Source of the DNA: a virus
Lineage: Duplodnaviria; Caudoviricetes
Direction: 5' to 3' (one strand)
Virus record (IMG/VR): IMGVR_UViG_3300029305_003192
Length of the DNA stretch: 64,000 nt
Shown: in pieces, positions 49,068 to 59,382 of the stretch
How positions within the stretch are numbered: the first letter of the stretch is position 1
Layout of the letters: every line of letters begins with the position of its first letter
Notes under the pieces: generated by a model
The model's input: only the letters and a program-made list of their open reading frames with translations
Told to the model about the DNA's origin: nothing
Databases searched by the model: none
Translations under genes and position numbers: made by a program

Positions 49068-51149
49068 ATGATTACTAAAGATTTAGTCAATATTGGTAAT
49101 GCCAGAATTACTGGTAAAGTGTTTGCCTCTAAATTTATTGGTACCTTCAACGGTACAGCGGATTCCGCTGCTGCACTTACTACGAATGCGGGTACGGCAA
49201 CGAAACCAGTCTATTTTTCTAATGGTAAACCAGTTGCGACAACTTATGCTTTACAGCTCATGACAGCAGCCTCAGCAAGTGCTGCCGGTGCGGCTGGTCT
49301 TGTACCTTCAGCTGGAGCAGGAGCTAATAAAAAGTTTCTCAGGGGTGATGCTACATGGGCATCTATCGCAGGTAATGCTTATGCTACATGCACTACAGCG
49401 GCAGCTACTGCTGCTAAAGTAGCGACGATTTCTGGTAGTGTAAATTGGGAACTTGTTACAGGCGCACAGGTAACTGTATTCTTCAGTTATACTAACAGTG
49501 CACAGAACCCGACCCTTAACGTCAATGGCACCGGTGCAAAACCCATCAAATTAGGTTCAACCACCATTGCCACAACCCATCTGTCATATGCTGCGTATGC
49601 TAACCGTGCTATCAACTTTATCTACGATGGTAGCGCATATCAGTTTATTGGTTGGTCTACGGATACTAACACAACATATTCAGCAGCTACGTCTACAGCG
49701 GCTGGTCTTATGAGTGCCGCAGATAAAAGTAAGCTTGATGGTATTCAGGCATCTGCAGATGCTGTATCATTCACACAATCACTTACCAGTGGTACTAAAA
49801 TAGGTTCAATCAGTATTAATGGTGGCCCTACTGACATTTTTGCACCGACTACAAAGCTTATTGCAGGTGCATCTGCTACTGCTACTGCAAATGCGGCGGC
49901 TTCTAACGGAAGTGCTTTTCTCAACGTTATTGAGAATGGTACTGTTAGGAGTAGTCATAAGATTGTAGGTAGTGGTGGTACGACCGTAACTACAGATGCT
50001 AATGGCGTAATCACTATTAAGTCAACCGATAATAATACCACATACACTCTCAGCAGTTTTGGTATTACTGCCACTGCGGCTGAGCTTAACATTCTTGATG
50101 GTGTTACTGTAACTGCAGCAAAGATTAACTACCTGACAGATGTTACATCCAATATCCAGGCACAGCTTAATGGCAAGGCTGCATCATCACATGGCACTCA
50201 TGTAACATATGCGACAGCAGTTCCATTGGTTGCTGGTACAGCAGCAGTCGGTACAGCAGCGAATGTTGCAAGAGGTGACCACGTTCATCCGGCACAGACT
50301 ACTATTAGTGGTAATGCTGGCAGTGCAACTAAACTTGCTACCGCAAGAACTATTGATGGTGTAAGCTTTAACGGTTCCGCAGCGATTACGCACTTCGGTA
50401 CATGTGATACAGCGGCCGGAACTGCCGCAAAGACTGTAGCACTGACGGGATTCTCATTAGTAACCGGTGCTAGGGTATTTGTAAAGTTCACATATGCTAA
50501 TACGGCAGCTAATCCAACGCTGAATGTTAATTCTACCGGAGCCAAGGCTATTATATATAGAGGCTCAGCTATCAGTGCGGCATATCTTAGAGCAAACGGT
50601 ACTTATGAATTCCTGTATGATGGTACTAACTGGAATTTTGTTGGTGATTTAAACGTGGATACTAACACCACGTATACAAATGCATCTCTCGGCCAGGGAT
50701 TCGGTACATGTGATACAGCGGCCGGAACTGCCGCAAAGACTGTAGCACTGACAAACTATGCACTTACTACTGGTGGTATAGTTTCCGTAAAATTCACATA
50801 TGCTGTACCCGCAAATGCCACGATGAATATTAACAGTAAGGGTGCGAAGTCGATTTTTTATAAGGGTGTGTCAATAACCGCAGGAGTCATTAATGCGGGG
50901 GACATCGCAACCTTCATATATGATGGTACTCAATATCATCTGATTTCGCTCGACAGTGGGGGCAGTGGTTCATCTTCCGGTGATTATATACCAACTACTG
51001 GTGGTACTGTAACCGGCAATGTTCAACAGTCAGGTGCTACTACTGACTACACGACTTATAAATTCAGAAATATTGCCGTAGGTACATCTGCTACACCAAC
51101 TTCAAATGCTACTTATGGTGTATCTGGATCTATCTATATTTATATCTAA
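49068..51149 (+). CDS. Ala/Thr/Gly-rich tail fibre protein
   Basis: Three TC.TAA.TAAK.V...V.F.Y.N...NPTLNVN.TGAK.I repeats; ATKLATARTI.GVSF.GSA. Confidence 0.82.
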   Translation: MITKDLVNIGNARITGKVFASKFIGTFNGTADSAAALTTNAGTATKPVYFSNGKPVATTYALQLMTAASASAAGAAGLVPSAGAGANKKFLRGDATWASIAGNAYATCTTAAATAAKVATISGSVNWELVTGAQVTVFFSYTNSAQNPTLNVNGTGAKPIKLGSTTIATTHLSYAAYANRAINFIYDGSAYQFIGWSTDTNTTYSAATSTAAGLMSAADKSKLDGIQASADAVSFTQSLTSGTKIGSISINGGPTDIFAPTTKLIAGASATATANAAASNGSAFLNVIENGTVRSSHKIVGSGGTTVTTDANGVITIKSTDNNTTYTLSSFGITATAAELNILDGVTVTAAKINYLTDVTSNIQAQLNGKAASSHGTHVTYATAVPLVAGTAAVGTAANVARGDHVHPAQTTISGNAGSATKLATARTIDGVSFNGSAAITHFGTCDTAAGTAAKTVALTGFSLVTGARVFVKFTYANTAANPTLNVNSTGAKAIIYRGSAISAAYLRANGTYEFLYDGTNWNFVGDLNVDTNTTYTNASLGQGFGTCDTAAGTAAKTVALTNYALTTGGIVSVKFTYAVPANATMNINSKGAKSIFYKGVSITAGVINAGDIATFIYDGTQYHLISLDSGGSGSSSGDYIPTTGGTVTGNVQQSGATTDYTTYKFRNIAVGTSATPTSNATYGVSGSIYIYI
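50394..50752 (+). repeat. 53-bp exact direct repeat within a fibre gene (50394-50446 and 50700-50752)
   Basis: TTCGGTACATGTGATACAGCGGCCGGAACTGCCGCAAAGACTGTAGCACTGAC occurs twice. Confidence 0.9.
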
Positions 51150-51208
51150 ATAATAGAAACGGATTTCTTGGGATATTTAAATAATACAAATGAAAGGAGG
51201 AATAACAT

Positions 51209-52063
51209 ATGGCTTGTGGAGGAGGGTCTTCATCTTCCGGTTGTACCGGTGCTTGTTCTTCTGATTGCTACTCATGTACCGGGTCATGTTTCGGATGTGT
51301 AGGAACGTGTGAGAAAGGTTGTCAAGGCGGATGTGGTGGTACATCATGTACGGGATGTACTGGATCTTGTTCGGGTACATGTAATAACACATCCAGTGGT
51401 TCTTCAGGATGTTCAGGCTGTACGGGATGTACTGGATGCTCAACGTCATGTGCAACCGGTTGCGCTTCATATACTTCGTGCTCATGTTCGGGATGTTCCG
51501 GTACATGCAGTGGAACTGCATCTGGCAGTACGGCTACACCTACCAGTTGCTCTGGTACCTGCACCACCACATGCTATTCTGCATGTACTGGTGGTTGTGG
51601 CACCACTAATACCGGGGGCGTATTATTTAAGATAAATAAAAACGGATCATGGTCTACTACAACATCAGGTCTTTGTGCAAACTGCACGGCATCGTGTTCC
51701 AGCGGGTGTACCGGTTGTTCTGGCGCATGTTTAGGCTGTACCAATACATGCAGTTCTGGCTGTACCGCAACATGCGGGGGTTATTGTAGTTCTGCATGTG
51801 GTAGATCGTGTATTGCTACTTCAGGAGGCACGTCTAGTGAAGGTTGTACAACATCGTCATGTATGAGCGCATGTACTGGTTGTGCTGGAAATTGTACCGG
51901 AGGATGTAGCAATAACTGCATCAAAGGATGTTCGAGCACATGTACCGGTGGACTTGGCGGATCCAATCTGGCCGCATCGTTGAAAGTTAATAAGGGCGGT
52001 ACGTGGACCAAGGCATCTGCTATCAGTATAAATCGTAATGGCACATGGTCCAATAAATCATAA
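51209..52063 (+). CDS. Cys-rich CxxxC/CxxC-repeat protein with tail-tip-like beta motifs
   Basis: GAAAGGAGG RBS; dozens of Cys in C-T/S-G-x-C periodicity; FKINKNGSW and LKVNKGGTW..INRNGTW. Confidence 0.8.
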   Translation: MACGGGSSSSGCTGACSSDCYSCTGSCFGCVGTCEKGCQGGCGGTSCTGCTGSCSGTCNNTSSGSSGCSGCTGCTGCSTSCATGCASYTSCSCSGCSGTCSGTASGSTATPTSCSGTCTTTCYSACTGGCGTTNTGGVLFKINKNGSWSTTTSGLCANCTASCSSGCTGCSGACLGCTNTCSSGCTATCGGYCSSACGRSCIATSGGTSSEGCTTSSCMSACTGCAGNCTGGCSNNCIKGCSSTCTGGLGGSNLAASLKVNKGGTWTKASAISINRNGTWSNKS

Positions 52064-52080
52064 TTAAGGAGGTAATTCAA

Positions 52081-52899
52081 ATGCTTTCATATAATGTATC
52101 ATTCAAGGGGTTTGACCCTATCGACGTAATTACCGTTTTTAATAACGGCGTAGAAGTGAGCGTAAGCACACAGGATACTATCGCAACTGCGGAAAGAAAT
52201 TGTCTCGAATTTCATTTTGCTCAGGGAGTCGATAAACTCAAAGTTCTCGAAATTTCCGAGACCGATTCAGCTCTCTCAGAAATCACTATTTCCACACCAT
52301 CTGGTGAAATATATGTGCATCTCAACTACAACATCATGACAAAGTGTGCATATGAAAACTATAATGGTGAAGGATATAGATGGATTCTTAAGCTTCACCA
52401 GCTTAATGAAACTGATATCCAGCTTAGAAAGATTGCTGGTAAGGCTGTGAATGACAGAGATGTCCTGACACTTGATGAGTATAAGGTATATAAGGTCGAT
52501 GAGTCCAAGACACTCCTCGCACTCTGGCTTGCAGCTAATCCGATCCTCTTTACAGACGGTAAGTATTATTCCGTTACTGAAGAGAAGCAGGCACTTCTTA
52601 ACAGTAACCTTGCTTCCTACGAAAGAGCTACTGCTGCTGAAGTTCAGTACCCACTTAAGTGGAACGCGTCTGGAGAGGAATGTGTTGCATGGGAATATGA
52701 AAAACTTCTCGAACTTTCTCTTGCAATTGCGGCATATGTTGCTGAACGCGTGAGTGTACAGCAGGCATATGAAATTGCGGTATATGCTGCTGAAGATAAG
52801 ATGAGTATCGATAACATGGTTCTCGATTATGATCTCGAAACAACAGCTACAGAAGTAGATACCGAAACAGAGACTGAAACTTCATCCGAAGCTGAATAA
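52081..52899 (+). CDS. tail fibre assembly/chaperone-like protein (DUF4376-like C-terminus)
   Basis: YYSVTEEKQ..LKWNASGEECVAW..LLEL..I..YV. Confidence 0.6.
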   Translation: MLSYNVSFKGFDPIDVITVFNNGVEVSVSTQDTIATAERNCLEFHFAQGVDKLKVLEISETDSALSEITISTPSGEIYVHLNYNIMTKCAYENYNGEGYRWILKLHQLNETDIQLRKIAGKAVNDRDVLTLDEYKVYKVDESKTLLALWLAANPILFTDGKYYSVTEEKQALLNSNLASYERATAAEVQYPLKWNASGEECVAWEYEKLLELSLAIAAYVAERVSVQQAYEIAVYAAEDKMSIDNMVLDYDLETTATEVDTETETETSSEAE

Positions 52900-52963
52900 T
52901 TTAAGTAATTAACCCTACCGGGACAATCCGGTAGGGTTAATATTTTCAATAGGAGGTTTAACG

Positions 52964-54241
52964 ATGACAAGAAAAGAATTCGCAGAGTCCATCATGATTG
53001 GACATAATATCGGCAACGCTCTTGAGTGTATCGAGCCATACCGATATAATAACACTGTTAAATCATTCAACGTTGAGCGAGAGGTTAATGATATCAATGG
53101 ATATCATGACTTCAGAATATCAGTGCAGCTGGATGATGATAAGTATGAACTTCATTATTCATATGAAGAAATATGGTCAAATACGCCCATTACAACTGAA
53201 TATTTGGCAAAGCTTAAAAGTTTTGGAATACAGGCGGTACGTCTCCCGTTTAATCTGATAGGCCATATTATAGATCCTACTAATCATACGGTTGATCCTC
53301 TTTGGCTTAAGAGAATTCGTGAGGTTGTCGAAATGTGTATTGATAATGGTCTTAAGTGTATACTGAATATGCACACTGACTATGCAGCAGCATGTAAGAC
53401 ACCTTCACTTTTATCAATTATTGATACTACCAGGGACCCATATACTGATACAATGGGACGGTTAATGTCCGTTTGGGCACAATTGACAGAGTATCTCAAT
53501 GATATATCGGTAGAAGATTTAGCATTTGAACTCACTAACGAGTTTCAGCTGACCGATATCGAAAATAGGACGGATGCTGATACTCTGGCATCATATGCTT
53601 CAAATCTTTATAGATATCTTTTCACATCTATTCGTAATGTAGGTGGTAATGCTGCTGAAAGATTTCTACTTATTGGCGGTTATCGTAATGATATATGGTA
53701 TTCGATATCTACATTCATAGATTTAATTAATACTGAGCTGGACGATAAGTGCTTGCTCACAACCTGTTATTATACTCCATGGCAATTTACCGTCGGCGAC
53801 AGAGTGGAATGGGAGTACTCTGGTGACACTAAGGTCGAAATGGATAAACACTATCAGTACATTCTCGATACCATCAACTCTACCGAAATACCATTCGTTA
53901 TTACTGAATATGGTGCGGGATTACCATCCAAGAACCATTTCGATTCGGTGAATTACACATATCATAACATGAAATGGGCATATGATAATAGTATACCAGC
54001 GTTCGTATGGGACCCTGGTTATATTCTACATCGCAACACTCTCGAATACGGTATCCCGTTCTGGGAAGATATGGTACGTTCGGTTATTAACGGTACTGAT
54101 TATGATATTACATCGGCATATGATACGTATAAAGATAGTATCACATTCGACAGATGTACTGAACAGACGCTTTTGACATATATGGATATATCACAGCTTG
54201 ATAATCCTGCAAATATTAAGAAATATGCATCACAGTTCTAA
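52964..54241 (+). CDS. glycoside hydrolase family 5 (cellulase superfamily), copy 1
   Basis: GHNIGNALE, AVRLP, ILNMH, FELTNEF (acid/base), YYTPWQF, ITEYG (nucleophile), FVWD. Confidence 0.88.
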   Translation: MTRKEFAESIMIGHNIGNALECIEPYRYNNTVKSFNVEREVNDINGYHDFRISVQLDDDKYELHYSYEEIWSNTPITTEYLAKLKSFGIQAVRLPFNLIGHIIDPTNHTVDPLWLKRIREVVEMCIDNGLKCILNMHTDYAAACKTPSLLSIIDTTRDPYTDTMGRLMSVWAQLTEYLNDISVEDLAFELTNEFQLTDIENRTDADTLASYASNLYRYLFTSIRNVGGNAAERFLLIGGYRNDIWYSISTFIDLINTELDDKCLLTTCYYTPWQFTVGDRVEWEYSGDTKVEMDKHYQYILDTINSTEIPFVITEYGAGLPSKNHFDSVNYTYHNMKWAYDNSIPAFVWDPGYILHRNTLEYGIPFWEDMVRSVINGTDYDITSAYDTYKDSITFDRCTEQTLLTYMDISQLDNPANIKKYASQF

Positions 54242-54249
54242 TAGGAGGC

Positions 54250-55560
54250 ATGATACTAATGACTAGACGAGAATTTGCAGAAAGTATTCGTATTGGCCAC
54301 AATCTTGGCAATGCACTTGAATGCATTGAGCCTGTGTGTAATAACGGGCTTGCCGTTACTGTTGATAGAGAAGTGACCGATATTAACGGATACCATGACC
54401 ACAGAATCATCATTAAATATCCTGATGGCTCATATAGCTATTACTACAGCTTCGAAGAAATTTGGTCGAATGTACCAATTACTCAGGAATGGTTTAATAT
54501 CTTAAAATCTATCGGCGTGCAGGCTATTCGTGTTCCTATGAATCTTTCGGGGCATCTTATAGATGGCATTAATCATACTATTGACCCCCTCTGGCTTAAA
54601 AGAATCCGTGAAGTAATCAACATGTGTATCTCTGCAGGATTAAAATGCGTCCTGACACTTCATACTGATTTCGTCATTATGTACAGAGTGGGAAGTTATC
54701 GTTCACTCATTGATACTACAAGAGACCCGTCCACGGATGGTGTTGGTAGACTGATGAGTGCATGGAAGCAGATGGCTGAATATGTCAATGATATATCAGT
54801 AGAGGACCTGGCATTTGAACTTACTAACGAATTCAGATTATATGATATCGATGGAAATGAACTTGCCACATATAACGAGGATGCTACTGATGAAGAAAAG
54901 GCAACGTATGCTGCCAGACTGAATAAGCATTTATTCGATGCTATCCGTAGCGTCGGTGGTAATGCTGCTGAAAGATTCTTACTTATTGGCGGATATGGTA
55001 ATAACCCGGATACATGCCCCGATATTCTCATCAACTCAATCAAAAATGATATGGATGATAAGTGTATCATAACAGCGTGTTATTATACACCGTGGGAGTT
55101 TACCGTATCAAGCATTAATACTACCTGGGAATATTGTAAGCGTATGAGGGATATTATGGATAATCATTTCAATCGTCTGCTTGCAGTAAGTAATGATAAC
55201 GACATCCCATTGGTAATTACCGAGTTCGGTATTGGTTGTGATGAGGGTGCTATGGCTAAGAAGGAGAAGTTCTCGTTCTGCAGTTATATCTTCACAGTAA
55301 TGAATATGATGAAGGAGCACAATGTTCCTGCATTTATTTGGGATCCTGGATATATTCTCAGAAGGGATAGTATGACCTTCGGATTACCATTCTACCCATC
55401 ATTGGTTGAGAGTGTTGCTAATGGTACACCTTTCGATCCATACAATGCATATCTGGAGACAATTGACAATTATAATATCGAAAGATTAACATATCGTGAC
55501 GAATTAACCCTCGAGGACATTCAGGCTCTCGATAATCTCCAAAACTCCGAGGAGGTGTAA
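54250..55560 (+). CDS. glycoside hydrolase family 5, copy 2
   Basis: GHNLGNALE, AIRVP, FELTNEF, YYTPWEF, ITEFG, FIWD. Confidence 0.88.
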   Translation: MILMTRREFAESIRIGHNLGNALECIEPVCNNGLAVTVDREVTDINGYHDHRIIIKYPDGSYSYYYSFEEIWSNVPITQEWFNILKSIGVQAIRVPMNLSGHLIDGINHTIDPLWLKRIREVINMCISAGLKCVLTLHTDFVIMYRVGSYRSLIDTTRDPSTDGVGRLMSAWKQMAEYVNDISVEDLAFELTNEFRLYDIDGNELATYNEDATDEEKATYAARLNKHLFDAIRSVGGNAAERFLLIGGYGNNPDTCPDILINSIKNDMDDKCIITACYYTPWEFTVSSINTTWEYCKRMRDIMDNHFNRLLAVSNDNDIPLVITEFGIGCDEGAMAKKEKFSFCSYIFTVMNMMKEHNVPAFIWDPGYILRRDSMTFGLPFYPSLVESVANGTPFDPYNAYLETIDNYNIERLTYRDELTLEDIQALDNLQNSEEV

Positions 55561-55563
55561 TGT

Positions 55564-56844
55564 ATGACCAGGGAACAATTCGCAGAGAGAATCCGCATAG
55601 GGCATAACCTTGGTAATGCCCTTGAATGCATCGAACCTGTATATGATTCGGCCGCTACTATAAAGATCGACAGAGCAGTTACCGACAAGAATGGCTATCA
55701 TGACCACCGTATAATCATTCAGTATCCGGATGGTACATATAGCTATTTCTACAATTTTGACGAGATATGGTCAAATGCACCAGTAACCGAGGATTTCTTT
55801 AAAATCCTGGCAGACATCGGGGTTCAGTTAGTGAGAATTCCAATGAATCTATCTGGTCACATAATCGATGATAATAACACCGTGGATCCTTTATGGCTTA
55901 AGAAGATACGGTCCGTCGTCGAGATGTGTATTAATAACGATATGGTAGCTAATCTTTGTCTGCATACAGACTTCGTAAAATATTACAGAGAAACTCAGTT
56001 CGAATCGCTATTTGATCTTCAAAATGATCCAAATGATGATGCTGTCGGAGTTCTTATGTCAGTATGGAAGCAGATGGCTGAATATGTCAATGATATCCCA
56101 GTAGACGTATTGTGCTTCGAGCTGACCAATGAATTCCGAATTCATGATATGGATGATGATTTAAGCCATCCAAATGGTAGAGTATTAACTTTCCAGGAGA
56201 AGGCTATGTATGCTGCACGTTTAAATAAGTACCTGTTTGATGCAGTACGCAGCGTCGGTGGAAATGCGGCTAAAAGATTCTTATTAATTGAAAACTATGC
56301 TAACTGTGCTGATATGGATAAGCAGACATATATAGAGAGTTTCAAGAACGATTTTGATTCCAGATGTCTTATGACAGCATGTTATTATTGCCCGTGGGAA
56401 TTCACGGTGTGCGATAGGCACAACACGTGGGAGTTAAATTCTGCAATAAAACCTATCATGGAACGAGAAATGAATAGACTCAAATATATCCGTGAGGAAT
56501 CAGGAGTCCCACTCGTCATTACAGAATATGGCGTCGGTTGCGATAACTCTGGTATGGAGCATAAAGACAAATTCTCAATATGCAGGTACTTGTATACCGT
56601 AATGAAGATGATGAAAAATGAAGGATTTCCTGCATTTATTTGGGATCCTGGATATATCATCAAGCGTATCGATTATCATTACGGTATCCCGTTCTGGAGA
56701 GAAATGCTGAGGGGTATATACTTCGGAGAACCTTTCGATCTCTACGAATCGTTTACAGAACACTCCGAGCATTTACTCTTTACACGACATTATTATGGCG
56801 TCTCCAGAACTGCTGAAGATATCCGAGCACTCGACGATATATAA
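55564..56844 (+). CDS. glycoside hydrolase family 5, copy 3
   Basis: GHNLGNALE, VRIP, FELTNEF, YYCPWEF, ITEYG, FIWD. Confidence 0.88.
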   Translation: MTREQFAERIRIGHNLGNALECIEPVYDSAATIKIDRAVTDKNGYHDHRIIIQYPDGTYSYFYNFDEIWSNAPVTEDFFKILADIGVQLVRIPMNLSGHIIDDNNTVDPLWLKKIRSVVEMCINNDMVANLCLHTDFVKYYRETQFESLFDLQNDPNDDAVGVLMSVWKQMAEYVNDIPVDVLCFELTNEFRIHDMDDDLSHPNGRVLTFQEKAMYAARLNKYLFDAVRSVGGNAAKRFLLIENYANCADMDKQTYIESFKNDFDSRCLMTACYYCPWEFTVCDRHNTWELNSAIKPIMEREMNRLKYIREESGVPLVITEYGVGCDNSGMEHKDKFSICRYLYTVMKMMKNEGFPAFIWDPGYIIKRIDYHYGIPFWREMLRGIYFGEPFDLYESFTEHSEHLLFTRHYYGVSRTAEDIRALDDI

Positions 56845-56849
56845 AAGAC

Positions 56850-56879
56850 AATCCACCAAGGGAATTCCCTTGGTGGATT
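56850..56879 (+). terminator. intrinsic terminator-like hairpin after the GH5 triplet
   Basis: AATCCACCAAGGG-aatt-CCCTTGGTGGATT. Confidence 0.65.
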
Positions 56880-56946
56880 TATACTGTCGGTGGAGCTAAC
56901 TCCGAAACCTATACTTAATATATCATGACAAGAAAGGAGAATAAGT

Positions 56947-58266
56947 ATGTCAACCGAACGTGACAATTTACCTGTCATACTGAGCAATTTAGCTCATTAT
57001 GATGCCATGATAAAAGGTTATATCAAAAATCGTCAGGATGAGATGGCTCCACTTAAACATACCCATGTTAAAAGTGAGGTCGGATTATCTAATGTAGATA
57101 ATACTGCCGATAAAAATAAATCAGTTGCATCCGCTACTAAGTGGACAACTCCAATGACCCTTACAGTTACTGGGGCTATGAACGGCTCAATGAGCTTTGA
57201 TGGGTCAACCGCATCCACTCTCAAGTTAACAGAAGGGGATGTGTCGTTCAAGAATAGTCTGACCATGATTACTGGCTCAGCAGATTGGAATCTGATAATA
57301 ACTCCAGGATGTTATAACGTTAATAACATGGGCGATTATGCTACTTATCATACACCTAAGCAGTATAGTACGAATATTAATGACCAGGGACTATTATTGG
57401 TATTTAAAACTGCACTGGCAAATGTATCTGCCAATCAGAATAATCGGGTAGAGTATTATAAGACAATTCAGATATACTTCCCGATACCAGGTTCCAAGCT
57501 TCATACAATCGTTACACGCATGCTTAGTTCCGCAGATGTTAGTACCGGAGATTATATTTGGACCGAGTGGAAATCGTTATCTGCAGACATTGCGAATGAA
57601 ATGTATCCTGGGCTCGTTAAGTCCGGTGGAGACGTAACTATTTCTGAGGACGGTCTGATTAGTGTAAATGATGACAGTCACAATCACGTGATAGGTAATA
57701 TTGATGGTCTTCAAGAATTACTTGACACATTTGAAGCTAACGGTAGTGCAGATGGTGCATATGCCAAAGCTGTATCGTATACTGATAGTAAGATCGCAGA
57801 CCTTATCAACTCGGCACCGGCAACTCTCGATACGCTCAAAGAATTAGCAGATGCAATAACCTCCAATCAAGAGGTTATTGACGTTTTAAACTCTGCTATA
57901 ACTGAGAAACTCCCTCTTGCAGGTGGTACTATGAATACAAATGCCACCATCATTTTTCCAAATGGTGCTGGTATGAGTTCATCGATGATTAATAGTTCCA
58001 AGCTCCAATTTACTGCCGCATCCGGAGATGGGTGGGCAAGAGGTATTTCTTATTACAGTAATGATGGTACTATCGGATTGGGCTCTATCGGCGCATTTGG
58101 TACTGGTGACAGTCTCGATTACTTTTATATCGGAAGCAGGTGGGATACTGCAAAGGTTAAGATATATAATGACGGTAACACCAAAGCAGAGAAATTCACA
58201 GTTAAAGATAAAGTTGAGCTGGATTATAACTCCACAACTGACTCTTTAACTCTAAACTTCCTTTAA
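56947..58266 (+). CDS. tail fibre protein, paralog of 44619..46544
   Basis: VGLSNVDNTADKNKSV, LINSAPATLDTLKELA, LPLAGG.M; C-terminus STTDSLTLNFL. Confidence 0.78.
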   Translation: MSTERDNLPVILSNLAHYDAMIKGYIKNRQDEMAPLKHTHVKSEVGLSNVDNTADKNKSVASATKWTTPMTLTVTGAMNGSMSFDGSTASTLKLTEGDVSFKNSLTMITGSADWNLIITPGCYNVNNMGDYATYHTPKQYSTNINDQGLLLVFKTALANVSANQNNRVEYYKTIQIYFPIPGSKLHTIVTRMLSSADVSTGDYIWTEWKSLSADIANEMYPGLVKSGGDVTISEDGLISVNDDSHNHVIGNIDGLQELLDTFEANGSADGAYAKAVSYTDSKIADLINSAPATLDTLKELADAITSNQEVIDVLNSAITEKLPLAGGTMNTNATIIFPNGAGMSSSMINSSKLQFTAASGDGWARGISYYSNDGTIGLGSIGAFGTGDSLDYFYIGSRWDTAKVKIYNDGNTKAEKFTVKDKVELDYNSTTDSLTLNFL

Positions 58267-58284
58267 GATTTATCATTAAAAGAG

Positions 58285-59379
58285 GTGATAAATATGATAA
58301 CTAATGATTTATTAGTAAGGGGTGACCTTCAGGTCAATGGAGAGATTCATGGTGTTTATGATTCATTCATTGGTATCACTAGAGGTAATCCCATAAACAT
58401 AGATTCGAATATAGTATATCCTTTTCTGAGCGTTACTATATATGGTAAATCGGTAATATCTCCTAGCTCCATATTGGTTACTAACACTATAGCTAATGAG
58501 GGATGGCATTATACATACTCATCGTCTTCTGGTAGCGGCGGTATTGACCATACAGATGCACCCGGTGGTACCGAATATATTCTGAGGGGGATTCCCGAGT
58601 TATCCGGTTCGATATACAAGGACCCTGAGAGAGTGTATGTCGATACATCCAACATTGCTATGATATGTGACACTGTTGAGTGGGATGTAGATAATGCCCA
58701 GGTTATTACCAGAAGATTAAACCAGGTGAATATCCTAGGGACCGAACAGATAGTTCAGGTACCTACTGGTACAACTGGAAAAAGTGCATGGGCCATCAAA
58801 ATCGGTAAACTTGCAAGATACGCGGATGATAACACGAAGCCAAATATCGCCGTAAGCAAGTCTGTACCAACGGTATCAGTATCCGATATTAATAATTGCA
58901 ACGAAGGTTTATCAGTGTGTAATAGTAACTACGGTAGTGTTAAGGCAGGCTGGCTGATGTTATATAAAGAGGATTATGCTACTATGACATTAGATGAGGT
59001 TAAATTGGCATTATCTTCAGATATTATTGTAGTAATATATGAACTGAAAACTTATGAGATGAGTAGATCCAATAATGGATTCGTCCTTGGAAACGTAGGT
59101 ACCGTTAATGGTAACTGTCAATTGAGTCATAACAGTGAGTACGATATAGTGGTCAAGTATGCCAAGTCAGCGACTCTTGAACAGGCAATTTACTACTCTG
59201 AAGTCGGTCAGACTTTAAGAGAGCATATAAAAAATCACCCATCCGGTAGTGGCTCTGGAGGCGACGGTGGATTGGGTGGAGACGAAGGATCCGGTGGAGA
59301 TACTGGCTCTGGAGGCAACTTTGTTTATCAGGGGTCTAATATAGATGTATTAGACCGTATCAGAATAGGAGGTATTTAA
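58285..59379 (+). CDS. tail-associated protein
   Basis: N-terminal DLLVRGDLQVNGEI motif shared with other fibre genes; LRGIP..ICD..VIYEL; Gly-rich C-terminus. Confidence 0.6.
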   Translation: MINMITNDLLVRGDLQVNGEIHGVYDSFIGITRGNPINIDSNIVYPFLSVTIYGKSVISPSSILVTNTIANEGWHYTYSSSSGSGGIDHTDAPGGTEYILRGIPELSGSIYKDPERVYVDTSNIAMICDTVEWDVDNAQVITRRLNQVNILGTEQIVQVPTGTTGKSAWAIKIGKLARYADDNTKPNIAVSKSVPTVSVSDINNCNEGLSVCNSNYGSVKAGWLMLYKEDYATMTLDEVKLALSSDIIVVIYELKTYEMSRSNNGFVLGNVGTVNGNCQLSHNSEYDIVVKYAKSATLEQAIYYSEVGQTLREHIKNHPSGSGSGGDGGLGGDEGSGGDTGSGGNFVYQGSNIDVLDRIRIGGI

Positions 59380-59382
59380 AAT

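Noticed and set aside
49068-51149. Diversity-generating retroelement TR/VR pair
   Set aside because: The repeat copies are identical with no adenine-specific mismatches, and no reverse transcriptase is in the window
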